Below, one piece after another: positions 19,791-31,510 of a DNA stretch of 64,000 nucleotides. A program made the position numbers and the translations under genes. The stretch is taken from positions 7,694-71,693 of the forward strand of contig JBPOFE010000001.1 in assembly GCA_051252035.1 (NCBI GenBank), given 5' to 3'. Numbering within the stretch: position 1 is the stretch's first letter; each line of letters starts with the position of its first letter. Source of the DNA: Sulfitobacter sp. Lineage in GTDB: Bacteria; Pseudomonadota; Alphaproteobacteria; Rhodobacterales; Rhodobacteraceae. Under the pieces are notes generated by a model, which did no database searches, was not told the origin of the DNA, and saw only the letters and a program-made list of their open reading frames with translations.

Positions 19791-20321
19791 ATGCGTACCA
19801 CCCGCCTGACCCTTGATGATTGGCTGACCGCTGGCTTTGATGCCTTGCGATCAAGCGGGCAAAATGCACTCGCCGCTGAACCATTGGCGCGACAATTAGG
19901 CACCACCAAGGGATCGTTTTATTGGCACTTTAAAGACGTGCCGACCTTTCATGCCAGTCTCATCGCTAGTTGGCATGATACGGCCATGGCCCACATGGTG
20001 ACACTACTGGGGCGTGATGGCGCCGCTGACCAGCGCCTGCGCAGCTTTGGCAACGACGTATTGCGTGACCCGGTTGAAGCCCGGATGCGTATCTGGGCAC
20101 AGACCAACCAAGACCTCGCAGAAATGATGCGCACCGTAGATGCCGAAAGGTTGGCTTATCTAACCGAACTGCTGCGCCAGCTTGGCCTCGGCAATCCAGA
20201 TTTCGCAAGGGCGTTATTGGCCGCACTCGTTGGCCTGCCGCAGACGTCACCTGATGATCCCACCCAACAAATGGCTACGTTCGATATTTTGGTCGATACC
20301 GTTCTGGCCCTGTCACAATGA
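19791..20321 (+). CDS. TetR/AcrR family regulator
   Basis: LAAEPLARQLGTTKGSFYWHF HTH; divergent from MFS gene. Confidence 0.9.
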   Translation: MRTTRLTLDDWLTAGFDALRSSGQNALAAEPLARQLGTTKGSFYWHFKDVPTFHASLIASWHDTAMAHMVTLLGRDGAADQRLRSFGNDVLRDPVEARMRIWAQTNQDLAEMMRTVDAERLAYLTELLRQLGLGNPDFARALLAALVGLPQTSPDDPTQQMATFDILVDTVLALSQ

Positions 20322-20334
20322 TTGGATATCCCCA

Positions 20335-20727
20335 ATGTTCATACGCGCATCGCTGATCTCCCTTTTGCTGCTTGCCGCTTGTCAGAAAGACGAATCTGTC
20401 CGCGCCTACGGTGCCGCAGACAAAGAATGGCGGCTGATTGAGCTTGCCGGAAAACCATTTAATGCCAAGGCCACCCTGACCTTCCCCGAAACTGGCCGCA
20501 TCGCGGGCATGGCCCCTTGCAACAGTTATGGCGGCACTATGACCGTCCCGTATCCGTGGTTTGAAGCAGGCGCCATCGCCGCCACCAAACGTGCCTGCCC
20601 TGATTTAGCGGCTGAGACAGCATTCTTTAGCGCCTTAGGCGCAGCAACTTTGTCAGAAGTGTTGGGGGATACTTTGATTCTTTCTAACCCCGACGGGTTG
20701 AGCATGGTGTTTAAGTCTGGCGTTTAA
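20335..20727 (+). CDS. META/HslJ-domain lipoprotein
   Basis: Lipobox LAAC; [21 protein letters not shown]. Confidence 0.85.
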   Translation: MFIRASLISLLLLAACQKDESVRAYGAADKEWRLIELAGKPFNAKATLTFPETGRIAGMAPCNSYGGTMTVPYPWFEAGAIAATKRACPDLAAETAFFSALGAATLSEVLGDTLILSNPDGLSMVFKSGV

Positions 20728-21436
20728 ACGCCTCGACAAATCGCGCACGCGCGTCAGGCAAAGGTTTGCCGCCCAAATCCTGCGCCAAATGACTTTCCAG
20801 AAAATAACCTGTGGTGACGAACCCTTGAGCGATCTGCGCGTCATCGCCGTCCCCTGTCCCCCGCATAACGTCCGGCAGCGGCAATAGGCGATCCGCCCAT
20901 TCACCCGCACCTTTCACAGACACCGCACGGCCGGATTTGGGGGATACGTAACACAACCCCTCCGTTGCACCCGTCACCGCGCAAGCGGTCAGATCGAGGG
21001 CATAACCCATTTCTTCCAATAGCCCCATTTCCCACTGCAAATACGCAAGCGGCCAGACGTCCGACTGTCCCAGTAAATCAAGCAAGTTTTGCGTGCGCTT
21101 ATAAAGACCCAAATGTGCTTCGCGCTCCGGCAGGCAAAATGACAACAACGCTGTGACTGTGTTCAGCCCCGCCAACGCAAGCCGATCCCCCATCGCCGCC
21201 GCCGCACGGCTGCGAACGGGTTCAACGCTGAAACTCCCGATGTGATCCTCAAGCCGCGCCCGCCAAACCACATCAAGCTGCGCGCCTGGTTGCAGGATCG
21301 GTGCGATCTTACGGCTCGTCCCGCCCCGCACCACACCGACATGACGGCCTTGGGTCGGCGTAAACATTTCAATGATCGACGACGTTTCACCATGCTTGCG
21401 CGCGCTCAGCAATATCCCCTGATCGCGCCATTCCAT
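20711..21436 (-). CDS. recO: DNA repair protein RecO
   Basis: [35 protein letters not shown]. Confidence 0.97.
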   Translation of the reverse strand: MEWRDQGILLSARKHGETSSIIEMFTPTQGRHVGVVRGGTSRKIAPILQPGAQLDVVWRARLEDHIGSFSVEPVRSRAAAAMGDRLALAGLNTVTALLSFCLPEREAHLGLYKRTQNLLDLLGQSDVWPLAYLQWEMGLLEEMGYALDLTACAVTGATEGLCYVSPKSGRAVSVKGAGEWADRLLPLPDVMRGTGDGDDAQIAQGFVTTGYFLESHLAQDLGGKPLPDARARFVEAFKRQT

Positions 21437-21765
21437 CAGCTTAACCCATCCTCATCCAGCAAATGCCGCCCCGCACGGTCCTCAACCTCAATCACCCAAA
21501 GATCGCGGTCAAACCCGCGTTGCCGCGAAACAGCCTCATCCACATCGGCCTCGGCACCGTTCGCCAGTTCAATCCAACGCCGATCTCCTGTCATCAAATC
21601 AAAGGAGCGTTGAAACAACACCGCTTGCCCGTCCAGTGTATTGAGTTTCACCAAAACCGCACCACCGGTATCATCGCCATGCGCGACAACAAACGCCGGG
21701 ATGTCCTGAAACCGCAAACGTGCCAGATAGGCATCGACCCAGAACCGCGCGGTCAGACGGGGCAT
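21436..21765 (-). CDS. DUF1491 family protein
   Basis: [33 protein letters not shown]; typical position between era and recO. Confidence 0.85.
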   Translation of the reverse strand: MPRLTARFWVDAYLARLRFQDIPAFVVAHGDDTGGAVLVKLNTLDGQAVLFQRSFDLMTGDRRWIELANGAEADVDEAVSRQRGFDRDLWVIEVEDRAGRHLLDEDGLS

Positions 21766-21838
21766 GGCAGCCTCGTGTCAGTATATTTTACCGACGCAAT
21801 ACCGACGTAATACCGACGTGATACAGAACGCCAATCCA

Positions 21839-22747
21839 TTACCCGTTGCCATCTTTGAAATCCAACCCCATTTCGGAATAGCGCTCGGATTCCTCCAGCC
21901 AATTTGGCCGTACCTTAACCTGCAAGAACAGATGCACCCGGCGACCCAGGAATTCTTCCAACTCCTCACGTGCCGCCTTGCTAACCCCTTTAATGGTTTC
22001 ACCCTTGTTGCCCAGCACAATACCCTTGTGGCCATCGCGCACGACATAGATCAACTGATCAATCCGCGCTGTGCCATCGTCGCGTTCTTCCCAATTCTCG
22101 GTCTCGACCGTCAACTGATACGGCAATTCCTGATGTAGCCGCAGGGTCAATTTTTCACGAGTCATTTCCGCCGCGATCATCCGCATGGGCAGGTCCGCAA
22201 TCTGATCTTCAGGGTATAACCACGGTCCTTCCGGCAATTCGCCTGCCAGCCATTTGCGCAGTGTATCAACCCCATGCCCACGTTCCGCCGAAATCATGAA
22301 AGTTTCTGCAAAATCAAAGCGTTCGTTCAACTTTTGGCTCAATCCCAACAGAACAGGTGCCTCGACCCGGTCGATCTTGTTGATCGCCAACGCCACTTTG
22401 CTGCCTTTGTTGATGCCCTCTAACCCTTCCAAAATACGCTCGACACCTTCGCTGATACCCCGGTGCGCTTCGACCAGCAGCACCACAACATCCGCATCCG
22501 CGGCCCCGCCCCAAGCGGCGGCAACCATCGCGCGGTCCAAGCGGCGGCGTGGTTGAAACAGACCCGGCGTGTCGACAAAAACGATCTGTGCATCGCCTTC
22601 AATGGCGACCCCACGAATACGCGCGCGCGTGGTCTGCACCTTATGCGTCACGATACTGACCTTAGCTCCGACCATACGGTTGAGCAAAGTTGATTTACCC
22701 GCATTGGGCTCCCCAATCAGGGCGACAAATCCAGCGCGGGTATTCAT
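21839..22747 (-). CDS. era: GTPase Era
   Basis: [24 protein letters not shown] domain. Confidence 0.98.
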   Translation of the reverse strand: MNTRAGFVALIGEPNAGKSTLLNRMVGAKVSIVTHKVQTTRARIRGVAIEGDAQIVFVDTPGLFQPRRRLDRAMVAAAWGGAADADVVVLLVEAHRGISEGVERILEGLEGINKGSKVALAINKIDRVEAPVLLGLSQKLNERFDFAETFMISAERGHGVDTLRKWLAGELPEGPWLYPEDQIADLPMRMIAAEMTREKLTLRLHQELPYQLTVETENWEERDDGTARIDQLIYVVRDGHKGIVLGNKGETIKGVSKAAREELEEFLGRRVHLFLQVKVRPNWLEESERYSEMGLDFKDGNG

Positions 22748-23430
22748 GTGTCATTCTCCAACTGCGCCAGCAACATCGTCGCGGCGGTCTGTTCTGCGTT
22801 GCGTTTCGAACTGGCAGTGGCAACGGCCTGTTGGCCGTTTTCCAACTGCGCCGTGATGGTAAATACCGGCGCGTGATCTGGGCCACTGCGATCTGTTTGA
22901 ACATATTTTGGCGGGTTCAATCCGCGCGCCTGCGCCCATTCCTGAAGCGCGGTTTTTGCATCACGGGCATCTTGCTTAACGCTTTCAACTCGTGTGCCCC
23001 AAAGCCGCAGCACCATATCACGCGCCGCATCAAATCCGGCATCAAGGTAAACTGCCGCAATCACCGCCTCGATCGCATCGCCCAGCAACGCTTGCTTACG
23101 CCGCCCGCCTGAAATCATCTCGGACCGACCGAGTTTGAGTACCTGCCCCAGATCAATCTCACGCGCGACATCTGCACAGGTTTCCTTACGCACAAGCGCA
23201 TTAAAGCGCGGGGCCAACTGTCCTTCGGTCGCACTTGGGTCAAGCGCCAGCAATGCTTCAGCCATCACCAGCCCCAGCACGCGGTCACCCAGAAATTCCA
23301 GCCGCTGATTGTCATCGCGATTGGCCGACGACATCGACGCATGGGTCACAGCGCGGTTCAGGAAATCAGGCGTGGCAAAGTGGTGCCCAATCCGCCCTTC
23401 AAAGGCTTTCAGATCACCGCTTAGTTTCAT
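22744..23430 (-). CDS. rnc: Ribonuclease III
   Basis: [12 protein letters not shown] signature plus dsRBD. Confidence 0.98.
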   Translation of the reverse strand: MKLSGDLKAFEGRIGHHFATPDFLNRAVTHASMSSANRDDNQRLEFLGDRVLGLVMAEALLALDPSATEGQLAPRFNALVRKETCADVAREIDLGQVLKLGRSEMISGGRRKQALLGDAIEAVIAAVYLDAGFDAARDMVLRLWGTRVESVKQDARDAKTALQEWAQARGLNPPKYVQTDRSGPDHAPVFTITAQLENGQQAVATASSKRNAEQTAATMLLAQLENDT

Positions 23431-24263
23431 TTGACCGCTTTAAAGAACCGGTCGCTGCGCCATGTCCAGAAATATAGCATCGAACTGCCGGCCGAGCTAA
23501 ACATGATCCGGTCCGCGCGCCCGATCAGGTTTTCATAGGGCACAAAGCCAACACCACCCGCCTGTTGCGCCAAACGGCTGTCTGCGGAATTGTCGCGGTT
23601 GTCGCCCATAAAGAAATAATGCCCCTCAGGTACGGAATAGACACCCGTGCGATCTGATTGCTGATCCGCGAAATTCAATACGACATGTTCAACACCATTC
23701 GGCAAGGTTTCAATCTGGCGCGATTTCTGGCACGTGCCACCCTCCCCCACCGGACGGTTTTCACAACGTGGTCGCAGGGCCTGCGGGCCTTGCGCCTCCA
23801 TCACTTCTTCAAACATACCCGCGTCTTGCAACTGAACTGGCTCGCCGTTGATCTGCAACACACCTGCCTTGACCTGAACCGTGTCACCCGGCAGGCCGAT
23901 CAGGCGCTTAATATAGTCGCGTCCCGACACCGGATGACGAAACACCACCACATCGCCACGTTCAGGATCACCGCCAAACAGACGGCCATTGTCGCCATCA
24001 AACACACCACATATGTCTTTGGCATCCACTTCGATCCCGATCTGCGGCAACATCAGACTGGGGCAGGACGCGTAGGAATAGCCATAGGCCATCTTGTTCA
24101 CGAACAGAAAATCGCCAATCAGCAGCGTTTCCTTCATCGACCCAGATGGAATCCAAAAAGGTTGAAAGAACAAGCTACGAAAAATACCAGCAATCAGCAG
24201 GGCATAGACGATAGTTTTGATCGTTTCGACAAAGGCGTTGCCGGTCTTTTCCTTGGCGGCCAT
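23427..24263 (-). CDS. lepB: Signal peptidase I
   Basis: [29 protein letters not shown]. Confidence 0.97.
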   Translation of the reverse strand: MAAKEKTGNAFVETIKTIVYALLIAGIFRSLFFQPFWIPSGSMKETLLIGDFLFVNKMAYGYSYASCPSLMLPQIGIEVDAKDICGVFDGDNGRLFGGDPERGDVVVFRHPVSGRDYIKRLIGLPGDTVQVKAGVLQINGEPVQLQDAGMFEEVMEAQGPQALRPRCENRPVGEGGTCQKSRQIETLPNGVEHVVLNFADQQSDRTGVYSVPEGHYFFMGDNRDNSADSRLAQQAGGVGFVPYENLIGRADRIMFSSAGSSMLYFWTWRSDRFFKAVK

Positions 24264-24382
24264 GCGGCGCTCCATCTCATTCAGGTTTGGTTTATCCAAT
24301 TTCGCCGTTACATGCGGGTGGGCGGCGGTACTGTCAAGCATAGCTGCAGGATCACGGCCCCGTCCCGCCGATCAAAAAACCG

Positions 24383-24781
24383 CTATTTGGGCCGCGCTTC
24401 AATCATCACAAATGCCTGCGCCCATGGGTGATCATCTGTCAGGGTCACATGAATAACGGCCTCATGCCCCGGCGGTGTCATCGCGGCAAGCCGTTCCGCA
24501 GCCCAGCCCGTGACCTCCATCACTGGCTGCCCCGTAGTCAGATTGCTCACCGCCATATCGCGCCACGAAATACCCATGCGCAACCCGGTTCCTAATGCCT
24601 TTGAACACGCCTCTTTTGCGGCCCAGCGTTTGGCATAGGTGCCCGCGACATCCTTACGACGTTCGGCTTTGCGTTGCTCAACTTCCGTAAACACGCGGTT
24701 GCGGAAACGGTCACCAAAACGCGTTAGCGTCCGCTCAATCCGTTCAATATTCGCAAGGTCTGTGCCGATGCCGAGGATCAT
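24383..24781 (-). CDS. acpS: Holo-ACP synthase
   Basis: [20 protein letters not shown]. Confidence 0.97.
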   Translation of the reverse strand: MILGIGTDLANIERIERTLTRFGDRFRNRVFTEVEQRKAERRKDVAGTYAKRWAAKEACSKALGTGLRMGISWRDMAVSNLTTGQPVMEVTGWAAERLAAMTPPGHEAVIHVTLTDDHPWAQAFVMIEARPK

Positions 24782-25095
24782 TAAATCTTCACACGCTCCA
24801 AATCAAACACCAGAACATTCTCACCACTGCCACACAACATCACCAGCCGCTGACCTAAGGCAACATGCTCTGGATCTTGTGCATAGACGGACAATGCATC
24901 GTAGTTTTCAAAATCAAGAGTAAACCCAAAAGGAAAATCCGGCGACTTACCCTCAAGATCGATATTTTCACCAGACAAGAAGCCCTGACATCCCGGCAAA
25001 CGTTCCGCGACATTTTTCAAGCCTTGCATCACCTCTGACAATTCAAGGCGATCATGGCCGCGCGGGAGTTTCAGCATGACGCAATGGCGGATCAC
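24781..25095 (-). CDS. Dabb (stress-responsive A/B barrel) family protein
   Basis: MIRHCVMLK...GFTLDFE...YAQDPEH. Confidence 0.8.
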   Translation of the reverse strand: MIRHCVMLKLPRGHDRLELSEVMQGLKNVAERLPGCQGFLSGENIDLEGKSPDFPFGFTLDFENYDALSVYAQDPEHVALGQRLVMLCGSGENVLVFDLERVKI

Positions 25096-25841
25096 TCCCG
25101 TGCCTCATCCATCAGGCGGCGCATTTCGATGATCGCTGGCTTCAAGCCCAGAAAAATCGCTTCGCCAATCAGAAAATGCCCGATGTTCAATTCCCGCACT
25201 TCGGGAAACGCCGCAATCGGCGACACGGTGTCATAGGTCAGCCCATGCCCGGCGTGGACCTCTAACCCCAACTCATCGGCAAACTTCGCCATCTCCTCCA
25301 GCTTTTTCAACTCAGCCTGCGCATCAGGCCAACGTCCTTCAGAAAAGGCGTCGCAATAAGCCCCTGTGTGCAGCTCGATCACCTCAGCCCCAATGCGATT
25401 GGCCGCTTCGATCTGGCGTTGGTCCGCTGCTATGAAAATCGACACCCGGCACCCAACCTCGCGCAGCGGTGCAATGAAATGCGCCAGTTGGTTTTCCTCA
25501 CGTGCGACTTCAAGCCCACCTTCAGTAGTGCGTTCTTCGCGCTTTTCCGGCACGATACAGACGGCATGCGGTTTATGACGCAGCGCGATTTTTTGCATCT
25601 CCGGCGTCGCTGCCATCTCAAAGTTCAACGGCACTGACAGCACGTCCATCAAACCATCAATATCGGAATCAGAGATATGGCGGCGATCCTCACGCAAATG
25701 CGCCGTGATTCCATCCGCCCCAGCTTTTTCCGCAATTTTGGCGGCACGCAGGGGATCAGGATATACACCACCGCGCGCGTTCCGAACGGTTGCCACATGA
25801 TCGATATTCACACCCAGTCTCAGTTTGCTCTGCGTCGCCAT
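25092..25841 (-). CDS. pdxJ: Pyridoxine 5'-phosphate synthase
   Basis: [36 protein letters not shown]. Confidence 0.98.
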   Translation of the reverse strand: MATQSKLRLGVNIDHVATVRNARGGVYPDPLRAAKIAEKAGADGITAHLREDRRHISDSDIDGLMDVLSVPLNFEMAATPEMQKIALRHKPHAVCIVPEKREERTTEGGLEVAREENQLAHFIAPLREVGCRVSIFIAADQRQIEAANRIGAEVIELHTGAYCDAFSEGRWPDAQAELKKLEEMAKFADELGLEVHAGHGLTYDTVSPIAAFPEVRELNIGHFLIGEAIFLGLKPAIIEMRRLMDEARE

Positions 25842-25881
25842 GATTGATCCTTCTTGCTTACTTCGGTGCTCTGCGTCCAAG

Positions 25882-26538
25882 CTACTTTGCTTTGCGCTTG
25901 GCGTCAGCCTTCGCAGCGGCTTTTTGTTTCAGCGCCTCAAATTTTGCTTTGATCATACCCTTGCGGCGTTTCTGATAGGCCCGCAGCAACGGCACTGACA
26001 GATAATAGGCCAGTGATGCACAGAGAATGCCTGGCAAAATCCCCCCGATCAAATAGGGATAGAAAATCTCGCGCACGAACACCACAATGCCCGACCAGTC
26101 CATTTCAGCTTCGGTGAAGATGGCCATGAAATTATACCAAAGATCACTGCCCGCATCGGCGAATTTACCGCCAAACGACCGATGCACACGTTCATCCAAA
26201 TGCGTGCCCAATATCCAGTGCCCGGTTTTAAGTGACGCAATACCAATCGGCACATAGGTCAGCGGGTTACCAAAGAACGTCGCCATCAATGCCGCCAGAA
26301 TGTTCGCCTGCATCCCACGAGCGATGATCGCGGCAACAACAAAGTGCAGGCCATAGAACGGCGTGAACGTGGTAAAAACACCCGCCCAAATCCCCCGCGC
26401 AATGCGTTCGGGACTGTCGGGCAAGCGCCGCATCCGGTGTTTGACATAGTGGAATGCACGCGTCCAACCACCACGCGGCCAAAGAAATTCTGCTATCGCG
26501 CGCAATGCTGGCTTTGGATCGCGGCGTTTAAAAATCAA
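25882..26538 (-). CDS. DUF2062 membrane protein
   Basis: WPRGGW.RA, PERIARG, FGNPLTY. Confidence 0.85.
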   Translation of the reverse strand: MIFKRRDPKPALRAIAEFLWPRGGWTRAFHYVKHRMRRLPDSPERIARGIWAGVFTTFTPFYGLHFVVAAIIARGMQANILAALMATFFGNPLTYVPIGIASLKTGHWILGTHLDERVHRSFGGKFADAGSDLWYNFMAIFTEAEMDWSGIVVFVREIFYPYLIGGILPGILCASLAYYLSVPLLRAYQKRRKGMIKAKFEALKQKAAAKADAKRKAK

Positions 26539-26590
26539 CTATCTTATCCAGTGTCGGTGTTCCATGCGCCGCAGCGTAGGTTGGTTTCGA

Positions 26591-28741
26591 TCAGATGCCC
26601 TGGTCGGCAGGGGTATCCGCGTTCATGTCGCGATGCCGGCTGATTGCCGCAACATCATCCTCTGCCTCAAGGGTTAGCATAAGGGAATGCAGATGCGCCA
26701 CATCACGCAGTTCCACATTGATAAATAGACGGTAGAAATCTGGCTTTCGTTCTAAAAACTCCAGATCAGAGATATTGGCTGATGCTTCGCCGATCAAGGT
26801 GCATATCCGCCCTAATACACCTGCGCCGTTACCGATTGTAAGATCAAGCACTGCGCCATACACCGCTGGGTGGCTGCCCTCGTGCCAACGCAGGTCTAGC
26901 CAGCGTTCTGGTTGATCCTCGTAGGCCGACAGCCGTTCGCAATCAATAGCGTGTACGGTCACGCCCTTGCCGCGAAAAGTGATCCCAACAATGCGTTCGC
27001 CCGGCAATGGATTACAGCACGGTGAGCGATCAAAGGACTGACCAGGCTCCAACCCCACCACAGCCCGGCGTGCGTCGATTTTATCCGCCTTTTGCGGGGC
27101 CAAGTCGGGATAGACCGATTGCACAACCTCACGGCCCGTCAGTTCCGAACTCCCCAGCCGCGCCAATACGTCCTCGTACCCGTCCAGCCGCATATTCTTG
27201 GCCGCCGTGCGCAGCACCTTGTTTGTCGCCTCTTTCCCCACGTGCAAAAACGCGGAACGGGCCAATTCCTGACCCAGCTTAACAAACCGAGCACGATCGA
27301 CGTCACGCAAAGATCGCCGGATCGCAGATTTGGCTTTGCCGGTAGTCGCAATATCAAGCCATGTCACCTGCGGTGTCTGGCCCTCAGCGGTGATGATTTC
27401 TATCGACTGGCCGTTCTTTACCCGCGTCCACAAGGGTACGCGCATCCCATCGACCTTCGCCCCTACACAGGCGTTTCCGATACGGGTGTGAATGGCATAG
27501 GCAAAATCAATCGGCGTACCCCCCCGAGGCAGTTTCACCACGTCGCCTTTGGGTGTGAAGCAAAAAACCTGATCGGCGTACATTTCCAGTTTTACTGCTT
27601 CAAGAAAATCCTCGTGATCATCCTCAGCATCAAACTGTTCGGTCAGCTGTGCGATCCACTTTGCCGGATCAACCGCAAACGGGTTTTTCGAGCGCACGCC
27701 GTCACGGTAGGACCAATGTGCGGCAACACCCGTTTCGGCGACATCATGCATCAACTGCGTTCTGATCTGGACCTCAACACGTTTGCCATCGCGACCCGAA
27801 ACGGTGGTGTGAATAGACCGATATCCGTTGGTCTTGGGCTGGCTGATGTAATCCTTGAACCGCCCTGGCACCGCGCGCCAACGGCGATGGATCGCCCCCA
27901 GTGTCTGGTAACAATCCTCTTCGCTCGCTGTGATAATCCGAAACCCGTAAATGTCGGACAAGCGGCTGAAGGACTGCTCCTTTTCCTCCATCTTACGCCA
28001 GATCGAATAGGGTTTCTTGGCGCGGCCAAACACTTCGGCCTCAATCCCGACCTTATCAAGCTCAAGCCGCATGTCCCCGGTGATCCGTTGAATCACATCG
28101 CCCGTTTCACGTTGCAGCGTGATAAAACGGCGAATGATCGACTGACGGCCCTCGGGGTTCAGCACCTTGAACGCGAGGTCTTCCAATTCTTCACGCATCC
28201 ACTGCATACCCATGCGTCCGGCAAGTGGCGCATAGATATCCATGGTTTCACGCGCTTTTTGCTGCTGCTTATCAACCCTCATTGATTTGATCGTACGCAT
28301 GTTGTGCAGCCGGTCGGCAAGTTTGACCAAAATAACCCGCAAATCACGGGCCATCGCCATAAACAATTTGCGAAAATTCTCGGCCTGCTTGGTCTCGTTT
28401 GAATTGAGCTGAAGGTTGGTCAGCTTGGTCACGCCATCAACAAGTTCGGCCACTTCGCGGCCAAAGCGTGTTTCCACCTCGGCATAAGACGCCTTTGTGT
28501 CTTCGATTGTGTCATGCAAAAGCGCTGTGATGATGGTCGCATCATCCAGTTGCTGTTCAGTCAGGATCGCCGCAACAGACACCGGATGCGTAAAATAGGG
28601 CTCACCCGAATGGCGAAACTGCCCTTCGTGCATGTCCGCACCGTATTGATACGCCGCACGGATCAGTTTTTCATTTGTTTTAGGATTATAAGAATGAACC
28701 AGCGCCAGCAGGTCGTCGGCAGTGATTTCGGCGTTGTTCAT
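26591..28741 (-). CDS. spoT: Bifunctional (p)ppGpp synthetase/hydrolase (Rel/SpoT homolog)
   Basis: HD domain (LLHDTIED), KLADRLHNMRT, synthetase YRSIHTT, TGS and ACT domains. Confidence 0.98.
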   Translation of the reverse strand: MNNAEITADDLLALVHSYNPKTNEKLIRAAYQYGADMHEGQFRHSGEPYFTHPVSVAAILTEQQLDDATIITALLHDTIEDTKASYAEVETRFGREVAELVDGVTKLTNLQLNSNETKQAENFRKLFMAMARDLRVILVKLADRLHNMRTIKSMRVDKQQQKARETMDIYAPLAGRMGMQWMREELEDLAFKVLNPEGRQSIIRRFITLQRETGDVIQRITGDMRLELDKVGIEAEVFGRAKKPYSIWRKMEEKEQSFSRLSDIYGFRIITASEEDCYQTLGAIHRRWRAVPGRFKDYISQPKTNGYRSIHTTVSGRDGKRVEVQIRTQLMHDVAETGVAAHWSYRDGVRSKNPFAVDPAKWIAQLTEQFDAEDDHEDFLEAVKLEMYADQVFCFTPKGDVVKLPRGGTPIDFAYAIHTRIGNACVGAKVDGMRVPLWTRVKNGQSIEIITAEGQTPQVTWLDIATTGKAKSAIRRSLRDVDRARFVKLGQELARSAFLHVGKEATNKVLRTAAKNMRLDGYEDVLARLGSSELTGREVVQSVYPDLAPQKADKIDARRAVVGLEPGQSFDRSPCCNPLPGERIVGITFRGKGVTVHAIDCERLSAYEDQPERWLDLRWHEGSHPAVYGAVLDLTIGNGAGVLGRICTLIGEASANISDLEFLERKPDFYRLFINVELRDVAHLHSLMLTLEAEDDVAAISRHRDMNADTPADQGI

Positions 28742-28789
28742 GCCATCTGCCTCTTGGCCCTCACGTTCTCAAACGCGAGGGCGTGGGTT

Positions 28790-29143
28790 TTACCCCTGCC
28801 CCTGTGCCGCCATCAACTGACGCAACAACATTTCTTCGGACATGCTGTCTTCTTCCGGCTTGTCCTGCTCTGCACCCATCAAAAGCGCCATGGCGTCTTC
28901 TTCGGGTTCATCAACTTCAATCTGGTTCTGGTTCGATTCAATCAGACGCTCGCGCAGGGCATCCGCAGATTGAGTCTCATCCGCAATCTCACGCAGCGAG
29001 ACAACGGGGTTTTTGTCGTTATCACGGTCCACGGTCACAGCGGAGCCCGCCGAGATTTCGCGCGCACGGTGGGCGGCCAGCATGACAAGTTCGAACCGGT
29101 TGGGAACTTTGTCTACACAATCTTCTACAGTAACGCGGGCCAT
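28790..29143 (-). CDS. rpoZ: RNA polymerase omega subunit
   Basis: MARVTVEDC...NRFELV...[12 protein letters not shown]. Confidence 0.98.
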   Translation of the reverse strand: MARVTVEDCVDKVPNRFELVMLAAHRAREISAGSAVTVDRDNDKNPVVSLREIADETQSADALRERLIESNQNQIEVDEPEEDAMALLMGAEQDKPEEDSMSEEMLLRQLMAAQGQG

Positions 29144-29214
29144 GGAATGCTCCAATATCTCATATGCGGTCAGAAGTGGCGTATTTAGGGGGCTTTTATC
29201 AGATTTACAAGCGG

Positions 29215-29766
29215 CTATTCTATCTTGCGCACCGCTGTTTTGTCGGCCTCCGGCAGTGCCTCTAACAACTCAGAAACACTTTTGCCAAGGATCGGATGCA
29301 CCCAATCGGGTGCTACATCCGTCAAGGGCACCAACACAAACGCCCGGTCCTGCAAACGCGGATGCGGCAGCACCAACTCATCTGGTGTCTTGGCGATTTG
29401 TGCGTCCAGCGGCAATGCACGCCATGCCTGATGGGTTTTGAGGTCGGGCAAGACCAGATCATCATAGGCAATCATATCCAGATCAAGCGTACGTTGCCCC
29501 CACCGCTGAACCCGTGCCCGGCCCATGTCGGCCTCAATCGCATGCAATATTTCCAATGCTTGCGATGGCGACCACGTTGCGCTGATCTTTGCCGCTGCGT
29601 TCACATAATCGGGACCATTTCCGGCAGGAAACGCAGGAGTGTGGTAAAATGGGCTTATTGCCCGAATCACTGCGCCCATTTCTACCAATACGCGAAGCGC
29701 TTCACCTAACGTCAACTGAGGCGGTCCCAACGGTGACGCTAAGTTACCACCAAGCGCAATGAGCAT
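29215..29766 (-). CDS. folK: 2-amino-4-hydroxy-6-hydroxymethyldihydropteridine diphosphokinase
   Basis: [36 protein letters not shown]; start uncertain (could extend to 29832). Confidence 0.93.
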   Translation of the reverse strand: MLIALGGNLASPLGPPQLTLGEALRVLVEMGAVIRAISPFYHTPAFPAGNGPDYVNAAAKISATWSPSQALEILHAIEADMGRARVQRWGQRTLDLDMIAYDDLVLPDLKTHQAWRALPLDAQIAKTPDELVLPHPRLQDRAFVLVPLTDVAPDWVHPILGKSVSELLEALPEADKTAVRKIE

Positions 29767-29958
29767 ATTATGGTGTACGCTGAGCGGATCATCGCTTTTT
29801 TCCCCATGATTGTGGGCTTGAAGCATGGTCAAAAATCCTTACTTATGCGCCGCATCACTGCGGGGTTGAACGACCTGATTATTACTTTGTCCGTTAGCCT
29901 TCTAAGACGATAGATCAAACCAGATTGTTTGGCGAAGATCCCGCCGAAAGGAAATAAG

Positions 29959-30513
29959 ATGTTTTATAAAGATGAGCGGCTAGCGTTGTTTATCGACGGC
30001 TCAAACTTGTATGCCGCTGCGAAGTCCCTCGGGTTCGATATTGACTACAAGCTGCTGCGACAGGAATTCGTGCGGCGCGGCAGACTGCTGCGCGCAATGT
30101 ACTATACCGCATTGTTGGAAAACGATGAATATTCGCCGATCCGCCCCTTGGTCGACTGGTTGAACTACAACGGTTTCACCATGGTGACCAAGCCCGCCAA
30201 GGAATACACCGACAGCATGGGGCGCCGCAAAGTCAAAGGGAACATGGATATCGAATTGGCCGTGGATGCGATGGAACTTGCACCGCGTGTCGATCATATC
30301 GTGATTTTTTCTGGCGACGGTGATTTCTCACCTCTGGTCGCATGCCTGCAACGCCGGGGTGTGCGAGTTTCAGTCGTATCGACCATCCGCAGCCAACCCC
30401 CGATGATTTCAGACGACCTGCGTCGCCAAGCGGATAATTTTATCGAATTGGACGATCTGCGCGACGTGATCGGGCGCCCCCCACGGGAACACAGTCCTGA
30501 AATCGAAGATTAA
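29959..30513 (+). CDS. NYN domain (LabA/DUF88) protein
   Basis: FIDGSNLY, KGNMDIELAVD, SGDGDF. Confidence 0.92.
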   Translation: MFYKDERLALFIDGSNLYAAAKSLGFDIDYKLLRQEFVRRGRLLRAMYYTALLENDEYSPIRPLVDWLNYNGFTMVTKPAKEYTDSMGRRKVKGNMDIELAVDAMELAPRVDHIVIFSGDGDFSPLVACLQRRGVRVSVVSTIRSQPPMISDDLRRQADNFIELDDLRDVIGRPPREHSPEIED

Positions 30514-30550
30514 TCACCTGACAGCGTGCTAATCACCTAAGCTAAATAAT

Positions 30551-30585
30551 AAACACGCCGAAAGCTCTCAGGCTCCGGCGCGTTT
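30551..30585 (+). terminator. Terminator-like hairpin after NYN gene
   Basis: AAACACGCCG...CGGCGCGTTT. Confidence 0.55.
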
Positions 30586-30674
30586 CTGGTGCTAAAATTG
30601 TGGCAGGGAACAAATACCGCGCTTTGTTGTCGCGGTCCCCTTTGATATATTACCATTCTAGCTGTCAAATTTGG

Positions 30675-30693
30675 CCCCCCTAATCAGGGGGGG
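30675..30693. promoter_or_regulatory. C6-TAATCA-G7 palindrome upstream of LuxR solo
   Basis: CCCCCC TAATCA GGGGGGG seen directly; function unknown. Confidence 0.4.
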
Positions 30694-30701
30694 TAATGAG
30701 G

Positions 30702-30717
30702 TTAAATGCTCGTTAAC
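30702..30717 (+). promoter_or_regulatory. CtrA binding box
   Basis: TTAA-ATGCTCG-TTAAC, exact TTAA-N7-TTAAC consensus, overlapping the LuxR start codon. Confidence 0.65.
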
Positions 30718-31464
30718 CACGCTGCAACATTGGAAAAAATTCAGGATGTGGATGCGCTTTGGCATGCCGTGGTCGACACGCTTGCCAGCATAGGATTTGA
30801 CCATGTGATTTATCTTACGGTTTCCAGTACGTTCGATTCACCCTTCCTGCGCTGTACGATGGTCGGGCTATACGACGACAGACCACCTCAAAATGATCCG
30901 TTCCTACGCTACTCTTGCGACAACTATGAAATCATCCCAATTGGTAGCGAATTTGTTGACAGCCACCCCTATCTGACCGCGAACGAACGCGCCTTTATAG
31001 ACCGCGCGGGGGAAAATGGTTTCAAGGCCGGTCTTGCGGTCCCGATGCGTTTGCAAGGCTCTGAGCGGTTTGGTGGTTTTATCTTGGGTACTGGCCTTGA
31101 TCGCGCAACATTTATGGTCCGCATGATGCCCCGGGCAGAAGAAATCCGATTGTTCTGCCTGTTGATCCACCGCCGCATTGAAGACCTCAGTTCACCGAAA
31201 CAACCGCCGCCAGATCAGGATTTTCGCGCGCCGCTAATTGCGCCACCGCTGGCCCCGGAACTTGACCAACTCACCCCACGTGAACGCGAAGTGATTTATC
31301 TGTTGGCACGGGGTCGCAGCCGCAAAGAAGCGGCCGAAATCTGTAGCATCTCGATCCACACGGTTTCAGATTATGCAAAATCCGGTTATCAGAAACTTGG
31401 TGTACACAACCGCGCACAAGCCGCCGCCCTGATCAACAAACAACCTGTGCCACTGGACGAATAG
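30706..31464 (+). CDS. Orphan LuxR-family regulator (autoinducer-binding-type N-domain plus HTH)
   Basis: NDPF and GFKAGLAVP N-domain; LTPREREV...KEAAEICSISIHTV..Y....YQKLGV.NRAQA; no luxI adjacent. Confidence 0.9.
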   Translation: MLVNHAATLEKIQDVDALWHAVVDTLASIGFDHVIYLTVSSTFDSPFLRCTMVGLYDDRPPQNDPFLRYSCDNYEIIPIGSEFVDSHPYLTANERAFIDRAGENGFKAGLAVPMRLQGSERFGGFILGTGLDRATFMVRMMPRAEEIRLFCLLIHRRIEDLSSPKQPPPDQDFRAPLIAPPLAPELDQLTPREREVIYLLARGRSRKEAAEICSISIHTVSDYAKSGYQKLGVHNRAQAAALINKQPVPLDE

Positions 31465-31510
31465 CGACCAAAGGCTTACCTCTGCCACAATCGCCCGTCC
31501 GGAGTAGCCC

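Noticed and set aside
23658-24431. 257-aa plus-strand ORF
   Set aside because: Antisense shadow of lepB
27092-28285. 397-aa plus-strand ORF
   Set aside because: Antisense shadow of spoT with no recognisable domain
30511-30538. 9-bp direct repeat TAATCACCT (30511 and 30530)
   Set aside because: Only two copies 10 bp apart with no element between; insufficient for a TSD or array call
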